Below, piece after piece: positions 33,902 to 44,256 of a stretch of DNA of 64,000 nt (position 1 is the stretch's first letter; the number at the start of each line of letters is the position of its first letter). The stretch covers positions 320,001-384,000 of the forward strand of contig CAVZDU010000001.1 of assembly GCA_963774265.1 (NCBI GenBank). Direction: 5' to 3'. Source of the DNA: an uncultured Chloroflexia bacterium (GTDB taxonomy: Bacteria > Chloroflexota > Anaerolineae > CG2-30-64-16). The translations under genes and the position numbers were made by a program. The notes below the pieces were generated by a model. That model had not been told where the DNA came from and did not search any database. It saw nothing but the letters and a program-made list of their open reading frames with translations.

Positions 33902-34503
33902 ATGCGGAATGCTGTTCTGAAGCTTGCCCAACGGTTCGATTTTGAGGAAGCCCATTCGTTACAGGACGAGCGCCTCGCGCTGCGCCTGTTCGATGAGACC
34001 GCCCGTCTCGGCCTGCATCACATGGACGAACGGCCATTGGATGGTGAGAAGTCACTGACTCCGCGCGAGATCCTCTCGTACGCCGCTCTGCTCCACGACA
34101 TCGGCTATGTAGAGGGCTACGACGACCACCACAAGACATCCTTCAAGCTGATTACGACGGAAACGGTCCCTGGCCTGTCGAAGCACGATCGGTTGCTCGT
34201 TGCGCTGGTCGCACGCTACCATCGCGGCGCGACCCCGAACCCTGAGAAACATGAGCCGTACGCCACCCTGCCCTCCACAGAACAGCGCATCGGTGGCGCG
34301 GCTCGGCGCAATCCTTCGCTTCGCCGATGGCCTGGATCGCAGCCACACCGACGCGGTGCAAGACCTCACCTGCACGCTCGAAGGCAACCGGCTCACCGTC
34401 TGCCTTGCGCCCGGCATCAGACGATGAGGAAGAGCGTCTGGCCGGGCAGAAGAAGGCGCACTGGTTCGAAAGCCAGTTCAGGGTGCGCGTCGAGCTCAGG
34501 TAG
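33902..34503 (+). CDS. Stand-alone HD-domain protein similar to the Ppx/GppA C-terminus (frameshifted)
   Basis: AALLHDIG...HHKTS...VARYHR...ILRFADGLDRSH. Confidence 0.75.
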
Positions 34504-34541
34504 GTCCGCCCTGGGTCCCGGTAATTGCGTCGCCAGCAGCG

Positions 34542-36289
34542 CTACCGCTCCATGTAGTCCGAGTAGCCTCCTACAATCTCCCGTGCCGCTCCGTCTTCCA
34601 GCGCCACGACCCGGTCCACGATGCGGTCCAGGAAGTAGCGGTCGTGCGAGATCACCAGCACGGTCCCGTTGAACTCCTCCAGCGCGCCCTCCAGCACCTC
34701 GGCCGACGGGATGTCCAGGTTGTTCGTCGGCTCGTCCAGCATGCAGGAAGTTCACGTCGGAAAGCATCAGCTTGGCCAGCTGCAGCCGGCTGCGCTCGCC
34801 GCCGCTGAGATGGCGCACCTGCTTCTGCGCGGCGTAGTAGTCGAACAGAAACCGCTGCAGGAACGCGACCGCATCGGTCTCGTACATCGGCTTGGCGTCG
34901 CGGATCTCCTGCACCAGCGTCCAGTCGGGGTGCAGCGTCTCGTGCTGCTGCGCGTAGTAGCCGATCTTGACGCTCGGGCCGAGCTTGATCACCCCACCGT
35001 CGGGCTGCTCCACCAAGGGACGAGAACTGGCCCCGAATTCGTCGAATTCGAGGTGCGCCGCGCCCAGGATGCAGCGGAAGAGGACCGATTTGCCCGCGCC
35101 GTTCGGCCCGACCAGGCCCACCCGCTCGCCGTGCCAGACCTGGAAGCTGACACCCGTCCAAGCACCACGCGCAGATCGCCTGTCACGTCGTCCTCGAACC
35201 ACTTCTCGACGCGCTGCACGTCGAGCACCTTGTTGCTGCCGCGCCAGCCGCCCAGCTCCAGCCGCATGCGACTCGCCTTCCTGGGGCCGCTCGATCTTGT
35301 CCATCCGCTCGAGCATCTTGTGCCGGTGTCGCGCCTGGCGCGCGTGTCGCTCGTCCTGCGTGAACGCCGCAGCCTCCTCGAAGCGCTTGATCGCAGCCTC
35401 GATCTGGATGATACGCTTCTGCTGCGCGCGGTAGAGCTGCTCCTGCCGCAGCATCGCCAGTTGCTTGTTGACTGCGTAGTTGGAGTACGTGCCCGGCCAC
35501 ACCGTGATCTGCCCGCGCTCCAGCTCTGCGATGCGATCGACCGTCTGGTCCAGCAGGTAGCGGTCGTGCGACACGATCACCACCGCACCCGCGTAGCCGC
35601 GCACCAGCTTCTCGACGCGCTCCTTGCCCTCCAGGTCGAGGTGGTTGTCCGGCTCGTCCAGAAGCAGCAGATCGGGCGACCACACCATGCAGCCGCGCCA
35701 GGCCCACCAGCTTGGCCTGCCCGCCGCTCAGCACGCTCACCGGCTGATCGAAAGGTTCATCGCCCAACCCCAGATCGCGCAGGGTGGAGCGCACGCGGTT
35801 TTCGTAGGTCAGCCCGCCCGCCGCCTCGTAGGTCTGCAGCAGCCGCGCATGCTCGTCCAGCACGCGGGCCAGCCGGCGTTCGTCCGCGTAGACGGCGGGG
35901 TCGCCCATCTGCGCTTCCTTTAGCGCGAGCGCGTGGCGCAGCCGCGCAATTTCGGGCGAGCCGGACAGCGCGGCCTCCAGCACGGTGATGGACTCCACAC
36001 CGTTTCCCTCGGTCGGGGCCGCGGGTGCGGACGCCTCACCCGCCAGCGCATCGGGCGTGATCTCCTGGGGCAGATACCCGATCGTCAGACCCTTTTGCCG
36101 GAAGATCGTGCCGGCATCGGGTTGGAGCAGGCCGAGAATCAACTTGAGCAGCGTGGATTTGCCGCCGCCGTTCGGACCCACCAGGCCGATCTTCTGTCCG
36201 GCCTGGATCTCCCAGCTCAGGGCCGTGAGCACGGGTTTGTCGAAGTAGGTATGGTTGACGTCACTCAGGTTGACGATGATGGCTGCCAT
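34542..36289 (-). CDS. ABC-F family ATPase (ribosome-associated; several frameshifts)
   Basis: Two NBDs without TM domain: GPNGGGKST, LSGGQ, LDEPDNHLD, SHDRY; GPNGAGKS, LSGGE, DEPTNNLD, SHDRYFLD. Confidence 0.9.
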
Positions 36290-36321
36290 TGTTGTCGCCT
36301 CGCTAGGCCCCCCGGAGGGGC

Positions 36322-36354
36322 AAACAAAAGACCGTGAGCAAAGCGCCCACGGTC
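36322..36354 (-). terminator. Attenuator terminator in the ABC-F leader
   Basis: GACCGTGGGC-GCTTT-GCTCACGGTC followed by TTTTGTTT, ~35 nt before the ABC-F start. Confidence 0.75.
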
Positions 36355-36393
36355 GGTAGTTGACGTAACATTTCAGTCATTGGGCGCGCTGAA

Positions 36394-36465
36394 CTAGGGC
36401 AGCCCATCCCAAGACGCAAGGCGAGGCAAATACAGGATCGATCGGCCAATACGCACAAACAGCAT
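36394..36465 (-). CDS. Putative leaderless leader peptide MLFVRIGRSILYLPRLASWDGLP
   Basis: ATG begins 7 nt after the -10 box; ORF ends upstream of the antiterminator/terminator. Confidence 0.55.
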   Translation of the reverse strand: MLFVRIGRSILYLPRLASWDGLP

Positions 36466-36471
36466 GTTTGA

Positions 36472-36500
36472 AGTATACTTGCGGTCGAACTTACTGTCAA
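36472..36500 (-). promoter_or_regulatory. sigma70 promoter for the ABC-F leader
   Basis: TTGACA-N17-TATACT. Confidence 0.7.
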
Positions 36501-36519
36501 ACGGGAAGAATTTAGTTCG

Positions 36520-37158
36520 ATGCCAACTACTGGTTACCCGCCTCTGGTCGAAACGCTTCGTGACGCGCTGACACACCCGCTGCCCGGTTTATCGGCCCAA
36601 ATGAACATGGCGCCGCAGCCACGCCCAGGAACCACGCGCATCCTTGACCCACTCTTGGATTGCCGCCGCGCGGGCGTGCTGGTGTTGTTATACCCGGAGG
36701 ACAACGGCAGCGACCTTACCCTCGTGCTCACCCGCCGGACGGACTCCCTCGACCACCACCGCGGGCAGATTTCCTTCCCCGGCGGCAGCATGGACCCCGG
36801 CGAGGATGCGATTGCAGCTGCAAAACGTGAGACGTTGGAGGAACTGGGAGTCGAGCCTGAATCCCTGGAGATCCTGGGACAACTCTCACCGCTGTACATC
36901 CCGCCCAGCGACTTTTGCATCTATCCGGTGGTGGCGTACACGCCGAAGCCGCCGTCGTTCACCCCAAACAGGCACGAGGTCGCGGAAGTGCTGCAGGTGC
37001 CTGTGCGCCACCTGCGCCAGCCAGCCACGCGCTCCGAGGAAACCTGGGAGCAGCGCGGTGCACCGGTGCGCATACCATACTATGCAGTGGGCAGCCACAA
37101 GGTATGGGGCGCGACCGCGATGGTGCTCTGTGAGCTGCTGTCGCTGCTCGCCGATTGA
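36520..37158 (+). CDS. Nudix hydrolase, CoA pyrophosphatase type
   Basis: LVLTRR...HRGQISFPGG...AAKRETLEELG, EVAEV, VWGATA. Confidence 0.9.
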   Translation: MPTTGYPPLVETLRDALTHPLPGLSAQMNMAPQPRPGTTRILDPLLDCRRAGVLVLLYPEDNGSDLTLVLTRRTDSLDHHRGQISFPGGSMDPGEDAIAAAKRETLEELGVEPESLEILGQLSPLYIPPSDFCIYPVVAYTPKPPSFTPNRHEVAEVLQVPVRHLRQPATRSEETWEQRGAPVRIPYYAVGSHKVWGATAMVLCELLSLLAD

Positions 37159-37174
37159 AAACTGGAGACCGATC

Positions 37175-38347
37175 ATGAGATACCGCACCTTTGGCAGACT
37201 GGACTGGCGCCCCTCGGCCCTGGGCTTTGGTGCCATGCGCCTGCCCGTCGTCGCCGCCGACCCGGGTCAGATCAGCGAAGCGCGAGCCACCAGGGCGCTC
37301 CGCTACGCGATCGATCACGGCGTCAACTACGTAGACACCGCCTACACCTATCACAAGAGTGCCAGCGAGCCATTCATTGGCCGGGCACTCAAGGATGGCT
37401 ACCGCGAGCGAGTGAAGCTGGCGACCAAGCTGCCCTGTTGGCTAGTGAAGGAGCCGGCCGATTTCGACCGCTACCTCGACGAGCAACGCAGCCGTCTCGA
37501 TACCGCGACCATCGACTTCTACCTCCTGCATGCGTTGGATGCTGATCGCTGGCACGCGATGCGCGACCTGGGCGTGCTGAATTGGGCCGAGCGCGCCCTG
37601 GCCGATGGTCGCATCGGTCATCTCGGCTTCTCGTTCCACGACTCTTACGAGGCATTCCAGGAGATCGTCGACGCCTATGATGGCTGGACCTTCTGCCAGA
37701 TCCAATACAACTACTTGGACGAAGAGCATCAAGCCGGCACGCGCGGGTTGAAGTATGCGGCAGATAAAGGATTGGGCGTCATCGTGATGGAGCCGCTGCG
37801 CGGTGGGTTACTGGCCGGGAACGCCGGACAGCGCAAGGGCAGAGGGCTTCCACCGACGATTCAGGCCCTATGGGATTCGGCAGAACGACGACGGAAGCCG
37901 GCCGAGTGGGCGTTGCGGTGGCTCTGGAATCATCCCCAGGTGTCGCTGGTATTAAGCGGCATGAGCACGCTCGCCCAAGTGCAAGAGAATATCACAAGCG
38001 CCAACCGCTCCGGGGCTGGCCTGCTCACAGATGATGAACTGGCCTTAATCGGCCGGGTGCGGGACGAGTATCGGCGGCTGATCCCGATCCCCTGTACGGA
38101 CTGCAAGTATTGCCAGCCGTGCCCGAATGACGTTAACATCCCACGCATTTTCAGCATCTACAATGAGGCGATCATGTTCAACGCGCCGGGCAACGGGCGA
38201 TACGCCTACACCAACTGGCTGCCGGAGGCGGAGCGCGCGGACAAGTGCCTGGCGTGCGGGGAGTGCGAGACGAAGTGCCCGCAGCATATCGCGATTATCG
38301 AGTGGCTGGAGAAGGCGGATCAGTATTTGACGGCAAACAAAGCCTGA
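37175..38347 (+). CDS. Aldo/keto reductase with C-terminal 4Fe-4S dicluster
   Basis: LGFGAMRLP, YVDTAY, ATKLP, GFSFHD, QIQYNY, MEPLRGG, CTDCKYCQPCP, CLACGECETKCPQ. Confidence 0.92.
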   Translation: MRYRTFGRLDWRPSALGFGAMRLPVVAADPGQISEARATRALRYAIDHGVNYVDTAYTYHKSASEPFIGRALKDGYRERVKLATKLPCWLVKEPADFDRYLDEQRSRLDTATIDFYLLHALDADRWHAMRDLGVLNWAERALADGRIGHLGFSFHDSYEAFQEIVDAYDGWTFCQIQYNYLDEEHQAGTRGLKYAADKGLGVIVMEPLRGGLLAGNAGQRKGRGLPPTIQALWDSAERRRKPAEWALRWLWNHPQVSLVLSGMSTLAQVQENITSANRSGAGLLTDDELALIGRVRDEYRRLIPIPCTDCKYCQPCPNDVNIPRIFSIYNEAIMFNAPGNGRYAYTNWLPEAERADKCLACGECETKCPQHIAIIEWLEKADQYLTANKA

Positions 38348-38404
38348 TCGAGTGGGGTTGGCCAGTGAAGCGCCGGATGGCAGGCTGCCACCCGGCGCAG
38401 CAAG

Positions 38405-38791
38405 TTAAGAGAGGACTGACTTGATCCTCAACCTGCGCCGTCCTGACGGCACCTCCCACTCAAAACGGTCGCCGGCCCGGTAGCCCAGGATAGCCGTCCC
38501 AACGGGCGCCAGCACCGAGACGCGCATGTGTGTGATGTCGGCTTCGCCCGGAAATACGAGCTTGCAGATCATTTCCTCACCGGTGTCCTCATCGACGAGA
38601 TGCGCCTCGGAACCCATCCGCACAACATCCCCCGGAATCTCCTGATCATCCACCAAAATCGCCCGGTCGAGTTCTGACTCCAGCCCTTTGAGTTCAAGCG
38701 CCTTACGTGGGTCACCCCGCTTGGCGTCGTCGATCATTTCGCGCAACCGCTCCATATCTTTAGCGGTGATGCGTATTTCACGCGCGGTCAT
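38405..38791 (-). CDS. rnk: Nucleoside diphosphate kinase regulator (Rnk, GreA/B family)
   Basis: LESELDRA, DVVRMGS, LVFPGEAD, SVLAPVGTAILG, WEVPSG. Confidence 0.85.
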   Translation of the reverse strand: MTAREIRITAKDMERLREMIDDAKRGDPRKALELKGLESELDRAILVDDQEIPGDVVRMGSEAHLVDEDTGEEMICKLVFPGEADITHMRVSVLAPVGTAILGYRAGDRFEWEVPSGRRRLRIKSVLS

Positions 38792-38914
38792 AGTTTTCGT
38801 TCCTCCTTATTTGAAACACAACAAGAGCAGATGAAGTCTACAGAGTCTAAATGACGGGAGAATGAGGCCTGAATGACAATTTGATGATCAATCGAGCGTG
38901 ACGACCGAGAGAGA

Positions 38915-39712
38915 TTACGGCTGCGCTATGGGTAACACCGCAGTGAAGGTGCTGCCCACGCCCAACTCGCTCTGCACATACACCTGCCCGCCGTGCGCCT
39001 CGACCACCTGCTTCACGATGGGCAGGCCAAGCCCGGTACTGCTCTCGTTGCGTAAGCGAGCTCGATCGACCCGGTAGAAACGCTCAAAGAGGAGCTTGAT
39101 GTGCTCGGCAGGGATGCCAATGCCAGTGTCGGAAACCGTGAGTTGCACGTGCGGTCCCGTATTACGTGAGCAAAGCGTGACACGTCCGCCGGCATCGGTA
39201 TAGCGCAGCGCATTCTCAACCAGGTTCCACAACATCTGCGTCAGCCGGTAACGATCGCCCAGGATGGCGGCCGCATCATTGCATTCAAGCACCAGTTCGT
39301 GCCCGTCGGCGTCGAGATTAGCCGCGCGCTGCCAGACCTCGGCAACGACCTCGTGTAACGGCGTCGGCTCGAACCGTATCCGATCATGGGCATCCTCTTC
39401 GGCCAGGAAGAGCAGATCGCCGATCAAACGCGCCATGCGCTCCGCTTCCTCGGAAGCTTCTCGCGCGGCTGCCTTGCGCTCCTCCGGCGGCAGATCCATC
39501 TGCAAGAGATCAAGGTTGCCGCGAATGACCATCAGCGGCCCGCGTAATTCGTGCGAGGCGTCGGCCAGGAACTGGCGTTGGCGCCGGACATTGCGCTCCA
39601 GCCGCGCCAGCTGCTCGTTGAGCGTGGTTGCCAGCTCGCGCAGCTCGTCGTCATCGGATGGTGAGAACACCCGCACTGGCGAGTGCGCCGTCGGGGCTTC
39701 TTGGTCAGACAC
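38915..39712 (-). CDS. Histidine kinase lacking TM/sensor domain
   Basis: Half-HAMP DDELRELATTLN, FLADASHELRGPL, NLVENALRYT, DTGIGI, FERFYR, GLGL. Confidence 0.85.
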   Translation of the reverse strand: MSDQEAPTAHSPVRVFSPSDDDELRELATTLNEQLARLERNVRRQRQFLADASHELRGPLMVIRGNLDLLQMDLPPEERKAAAREASEEAERMARLIGDLLFLAEEDAHDRIRFEPTPLHEVVAEVWQRAANLDADGHELVLECNDAAAILGDRYRLTQMLWNLVENALRYTDAGGRVTLCSRNTGPHVQLTVSDTGIGIPAEHIKLLFERFYRVDRARLRNESSTGLGLPIVKQVVEAHGGQVYVQSELGVGSTFTAVLPIAQP

Positions 39713-39745
39713 GTTGAATCCCTTTCCCCGGTCGCTGAGACGCCC

Positions 39746-40426
39746 TCATTCCTCACGCAGGCAATAGCCCACCCTGCGCACCGACTGGATAAGGCGTGGC
39801 TCACCGCCGGCCTCCAGCTTCTCGCGCAGCCGCATCACGCGGACGTCGATAACGTTGGAGCCGCCGAGGAAGTCTGAGCCCCAGACGCCGCTGAAGATTT
39901 GATCGCGCGACAGCACCTGCCGGGGATGCCGGAGGAAGTACTCCAACAGATCGAATTCCTTGGTCGTCAGATCGATCGAGCGCGCACCCCGCATGATCTC
40001 GCGCGTGCGGGGATCCATCGTCAAATCGGCGAAGCCAAGATTGTCACTTTCCGACGGGCGCACACGGCGTAGCAGGGCCCGGATGCGCGCCAACAATTCG
40101 TCAAAGGCAAAGGGTTTGATCAGGTAGTCATCTGCCCCAGCGTCCAGGCCCGCTACACGATCTGGCACGCGATCCTTGGCGGTCAGCATCAGGACCGGAA
40201 GGCCGGGCTCGCCGGCCCGTAACCGGCGGCACACCTCCAACCCGTCCAGCCCAGGCAGCATGACGTCCAATACCACCAGGTCCGGCTGTCGCTCGCGCGC
40301 GATCGCCAGTGCCTGCTCACCGTCGGCCGCCAGGTCTACGTTGTAGCCAGCGAAGGCCAACCCGCGGCGCATAAGGCTGAGAATTTTGGGATCGTCATCG
40401 ACAGCAAGAATCCGTGCTGGAGCCAT
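39746..40426 (-). CDS. OmpR/MprA-type response regulator
   Basis: [22 protein letters not shown], winged helix LTTKEFDLL...SVRRVGY. Confidence 0.93.
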   Translation of the reverse strand: MAPARILAVDDDPKILSLMRRGLAFAGYNVDLAADGEQALAIARERQPDLVVLDVMLPGLDGLEVCRRLRAGEPGLPVLMLTAKDRVPDRVAGLDAGADDYLIKPFAFDELLARIRALLRRVRPSESDNLGFADLTMDPRTREIMRGARSIDLTTKEFDLLEYFLRHPRQVLSRDQIFSGVWGSDFLGGSNVIDVRVMRLREKLEAGGEPRLIQSVRRVGYCLREE

Positions 40427-40536
40427 TGTCACCTTGTCCTGAATTCATCTGCGAGACCATTATAACATGTGCAATTGGCCCTACTATCCCTTGCAAGATG
40501 TCGTTCCGTGCGTTACATTACTGCCGGAGGGTGCGG

Positions 40537-41289
40537 ATGGATGCTACTGTCAAGGACGCGGTTCGTTGGCTCGCCGGAGTCAGACGCCTGGTGGTCCTCA
40601 CCGGTGCGGGCGTCTCCAAAGAGTCAGGCATTCCAACCTTTCGCGAGGCGCAGGATGGTCTGTGGGCCCAGTATGATCCGATGGAGATGGCCTCGAAGGA
40701 GGGCTTCCTCCGCAATCCCAAGCTGGTGTGGTCGTGGTATGAGCACCGGTTCGGGATGGTCTTGTCCGCGCAACCCAATGCCGGACACCGTGCGATCGTC
40801 GATCTGGAGCAGCTGTTCCCTTCGGTGACCGTGGTCACGCAAAACATCGACGGACTGCATAAGGCGGCCGGTTCCGCCCATGTTCTGGAGTTGCACGGCA
40901 GCATCCGACGCTATAAATGCCTGAGCGGTCGGCACACCGATTTCGCGATCGCTGACTTCGCGGATCAAAACGAAAAACCGCCGCTCTGTCCAAAGTGTGG
41001 GGATATCATACGCCCCGACGTGGTTTGGTTCGGCGAGTACCTCTCCGAGGGCGTATTGCAGGAGGCCTACGAAACCAGCCTGCGTTGCGAAGCGATGCTG
41101 GTGGTGGGGACGTCGGGTGTAGTGCAGCCAGCGGCGTCCTTGCCGCGCCTGGCCGCGCGGTCGGGCGCCATGGTTATCGATGTCAACCCGGAACAGGATG
41201 AAATCTCGGCGACGGCTGATCTTTTCTTGCGAGGCAAGGGCGGCAAGGTATTGCCGCAGTTGGTCTCTGCTCTGAAGGCACGGCGATAG
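40537..41289 (+). CDS. cobB: NAD-dependent protein deacylase (sirtuin, class III)
   Basis: TGAGVSKESGIPTFR, WYEHR, TQNIDGLH, ELHGS, RPDVVWFGE, GTSGVVQPAA. Confidence 0.92.
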   Translation: MDATVKDAVRWLAGVRRLVVLTGAGVSKESGIPTFREAQDGLWAQYDPMEMASKEGFLRNPKLVWSWYEHRFGMVLSAQPNAGHRAIVDLEQLFPSVTVVTQNIDGLHKAAGSAHVLELHGSIRRYKCLSGRHTDFAIADFADQNEKPPLCPKCGDIIRPDVVWFGEYLSEGVLQEAYETSLRCEAMLVVGTSGVVQPAASLPRLAARSGAMVIDVNPEQDEISATADLFLRGKGGKVLPQLVSALKARR

Positions 41290-41340
41290 TACAATATCCC
41301 ATAGGAACCTTCCACAATAGTCCGGCAGCAAGGAGCACAG

Positions 41341-42720
41341 ATGCATAGTACAACCCTGATCCAAAAAGGCGTCCTGATCACTCCCGAAGGCGAAAGGCAG
41401 GGGGACCTGCTCCTGGCGGGCGAGGAGATCGCGGCCATCGGATCATCTCTGAAAGTGGAGGGTGTCGACAAGGTCATTGACGCGTCCGGTTGTGTCGTGC
41501 TGCCCGGCCTGGTGGATCCTCACACGCACATCCTGCTCGACACTGGAACTTACAAAACGCCCGACGACTGGGCGGTGGGAACCAGGACGGCTGCTTGTGG
41601 CGGTGTGACCACGGTCATCGACTTCGCAACGCAATTCCCAAGCCAGGACATGCACCAGGCTTTTGCCGCGCGACAGGCGGAGGTCGGGGACCTCACCCAG
41701 ATCGACTACAGCCTGCACATGCAACTGACCCGTCTGCCCGAAGATGACGCGGTGCTGGATCGCTGGATGACGGATCTACTGGCCTTCGGCATCAGTGCAA
41801 TCAAGGTGTACACCACCTATCGGCCGAATTACTATCAAACCGATGATGCGCTGCTGCGCGCTTTCCGCGCGGCAGCCCGCCACGACCTTGTCGTGATGGT
41901 CCACTGCGAAAACGACATGCTGGTGTCCGCCGCGCGCGAGGCGCTGGAAAGGTCCGGCAAGACGGCTCTCGCATATCACGGCCAGGCACGACCTGCGCTT
42001 GCCGAGGTGGAGGCTGCCAACAGGGTGCTGTTCCTGGGGCGGGCGGGCGGCGACCCACAGATCTACGTGGTGCACTGTTCGGTCAGCGGCACCGTTGCCG
42101 AGGTGGCTCAGGCGCGGCAGCGCGGGCAGCGCGCCATCGCCGAAACTACGGTGCAGTACCTCACAATCGATGAGACGATGTACTCAGGGTCGCACCCGGA
42201 ACACGGCATCATGCAGCCGCCGCTGCGCGCGCCAGAGGAGAAAGAGAAGCTGTGGGCGCAGATTGTGTCCGGTGAGATCGCAACCATCGGCACCGACCAT
42301 TGCGACTACACAATCGGCCAGAAGTGCGAGCACACGGACTTTCGCAAGACGCCCGGCGGCATTCCCGGCCTTGAGACCATGCTCCCCCTGCTGGCGACTC
42401 ACGGCGTGGCAGCCGGCCGCATCGGATGGTCGCGCCTGGCGGAGTTGACCAGCGCCAACCCGGCCCGTATTTTCGGCTTGGCCAGGAAGGGAGCGCTGCG
42501 GGTGGGGATGGATGCCGATGTGGTGATCTACGATCCGCGCGTTGAGACTACCATCCGCGCAGACCGCCTTCACAACCTGGCCGGCTATACGCCCTACGAG
42601 GGAATGCCGGTGCAAGGCGCGGTGCGAGACGTGTTCGTGCGCGGACGCCAGCTCGTCCAAGCGGGAGACTTCCGCCCTGCGCCAGGGTGGGGCAGATTCA
42701 CAGCGGCACGTCCGAGATAG
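41341..42720 (+). CDS. Dihydropyrimidinase/hydantoinase-type cyclic amidohydrolase
   Basis: PGLVDPHTH, AACGGVTTVIDF, KVY, VHCEN, VVHCS, PPLR, TDHC, PGGIPG. Confidence 0.85.
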   Translation: MHSTTLIQKGVLITPEGERQGDLLLAGEEIAAIGSSLKVEGVDKVIDASGCVVLPGLVDPHTHILLDTGTYKTPDDWAVGTRTAACGGVTTVIDFATQFPSQDMHQAFAARQAEVGDLTQIDYSLHMQLTRLPEDDAVLDRWMTDLLAFGISAIKVYTTYRPNYYQTDDALLRAFRAAARHDLVVMVHCENDMLVSAAREALERSGKTALAYHGQARPALAEVEAANRVLFLGRAGGDPQIYVVHCSVSGTVAEVAQARQRGQRAIAETTVQYLTIDETMYSGSHPEHGIMQPPLRAPEEKEKLWAQIVSGEIATIGTDHCDYTIGQKCEHTDFRKTPGGIPGLETMLPLLATHGVAAGRIGWSRLAELTSANPARIFGLARKGALRVGMDADVVIYDPRVETTIRADRLHNLAGYTPYEGMPVQGAVRDVFVRGRQLVQAGDFRPAPGWGRFTAARPR

Positions 42721-42743
42721 CTGACCAAGATCTGGAGCGCGAA

Positions 42744-44159
42744 ATGTTGCATCGTTCTGTTACGGACGCCCTTGTCGCCGCGATCGGGACCGATCGCGTC
42801 CTTACATCGCGGCTCGAACTCATGACCTACTCCTACGACGCGACCTGGCTGGAGGCGCTGCCTGACGTCGTGGTGTTGCCCCGGACGACGGCGGAGGTCG
42901 CCGCCGTCATGCAGATTGCCTCGCGCGCACTTATACCAGTCGTGCCCCGCGGCGCGGGCACCGGCTTATCCGGGGGCACGATACCACTCATGGGCGGCAT
43001 CGTCTTGTCCCTGACTCAAATGAAGAAGATCATCGAGATCGATCCCGAGGATTCCATCGCGGTGGTCCAGCCGGGCGTGGTCAACATGGACCTTCAACGC
43101 GCAGCACAACGCCTGGGCCTTTTCTTTCCGCCCGATCCCGCATCCTGGGAAACCGCAACCATCGGCGGCAACCTGGCCGAGAATGCCGGCGGACCCCGGT
43201 GCCTCAAGTATGGTGTGACGAAAGACTATGTTCTCGGCCTAGAAGTCGTGCTTCCAGACGGCCGCACGATGCGCACAGGCGGTCGAACCATCAAGAACGT
43301 CGCCGGTTATGACCTGACCGGACTCTTTGTCGGCTCCGAAGGCACGCTGGGCGTCATTACGGAGGCGACTCTCAAGCTCTTGCCCCAGCCAGCGCGCCGC
43401 GGAACGGTGCTCGCCGTCTTTGAGAGCGTGGAGGGGGCCTGCGCGGCCGTCAATCGTGTGCTTGGGTCTGGCGTGCTGCCTCTGACCACCGAGTTGATGG
43501 ACAGCCACACCATTCAGGCGGTTCAACGAGAGCGTAACTATGGGCTGCCCGTCGATGCTGGCGCGGTGCTCCTCATCGACGTCGAAGGCAGCGAAGAAGC
43601 CATCCATTACGAGAGCCGTGTCGTAGCGGAGGCGTGTCGCTCGGCGGGGGCTCTCGATGTGCGCTCTGCCACCGATCCAGCAGAGAGTGCTCTGCTTTGG
43701 GCAGGAAGGCGGGCCGTGTCTGCATCGCTGGCGAACCTGGGCGATAAGCTCGGTGAAGACATAGCCGTCCCGCGCAGCCAAATCCCCGAAATGGTCCGGC
43801 GGGTGCACGAAGCCAGCCAGCGGCTCGGTCTTCGCACCGTTGTGTTCGGTCATATCGGCGATGGGAATCTGCACCCTAACATCATTTGCGATCGCACAAA
43901 CCCTGAGGAGATGAAGCGCGTCGAAGAACTTGTGGCAGAAATCTTCAACGCGGCACTCAGTCTCGGGGGCACGATCACCGGCGAGCACGGTGTTGGAATC
44001 TCCAAACGACCCTATATCAGACAAGCCCTCGATCCGGTCGCATATCAAGAAATGCTCGCTGTCAAGCGTCTGCTCGACCCACAAGGCATTCTCAACCCGG
44101 GGAAGATCTTCGAAGAGACCATGACCGCGCCCGTGAGGTCCTCAGATGCAACGTTATGA
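42744..44159 (+). CDS. FAD-linked oxidase, GlcD/D-lactate dehydrogenase family
   Basis: PRGAGTGLSGG, PPDPAS, NAGGPRCLKYG, GSEGTLG, GHIGDGNLHP, GEHGVG, LNPGK. Confidence 0.9.
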   Translation: MLHRSVTDALVAAIGTDRVLTSRLELMTYSYDATWLEALPDVVVLPRTTAEVAAVMQIASRALIPVVPRGAGTGLSGGTIPLMGGIVLSLTQMKKIIEIDPEDSIAVVQPGVVNMDLQRAAQRLGLFFPPDPASWETATIGGNLAENAGGPRCLKYGVTKDYVLGLEVVLPDGRTMRTGGRTIKNVAGYDLTGLFVGSEGTLGVITEATLKLLPQPARRGTVLAVFESVEGACAAVNRVLGSGVLPLTTELMDSHTIQAVQRERNYGLPVDAGAVLLIDVEGSEEAIHYESRVVAEACRSAGALDVRSATDPAESALLWAGRRAVSASLANLGDKLGEDIAVPRSQIPEMVRRVHEASQRLGLRTVVFGHIGDGNLHPNIICDRTNPEEMKRVEELVAEIFNAALSLGGTITGEHGVGISKRPYIRQALDPVAYQEMLAVKRLLDPQGILNPGKIFEETMTAPVRSSDATL

Positions 44160-44256
44160 CATGGACCGCGTCGAAAGCCATTCCAGAATGACGGCATTCC
44201 ACGTCCGCTCTCCGGTGAGCTTCACGCAAGAACGCGACCATGCGTTGTCAGTGCCT

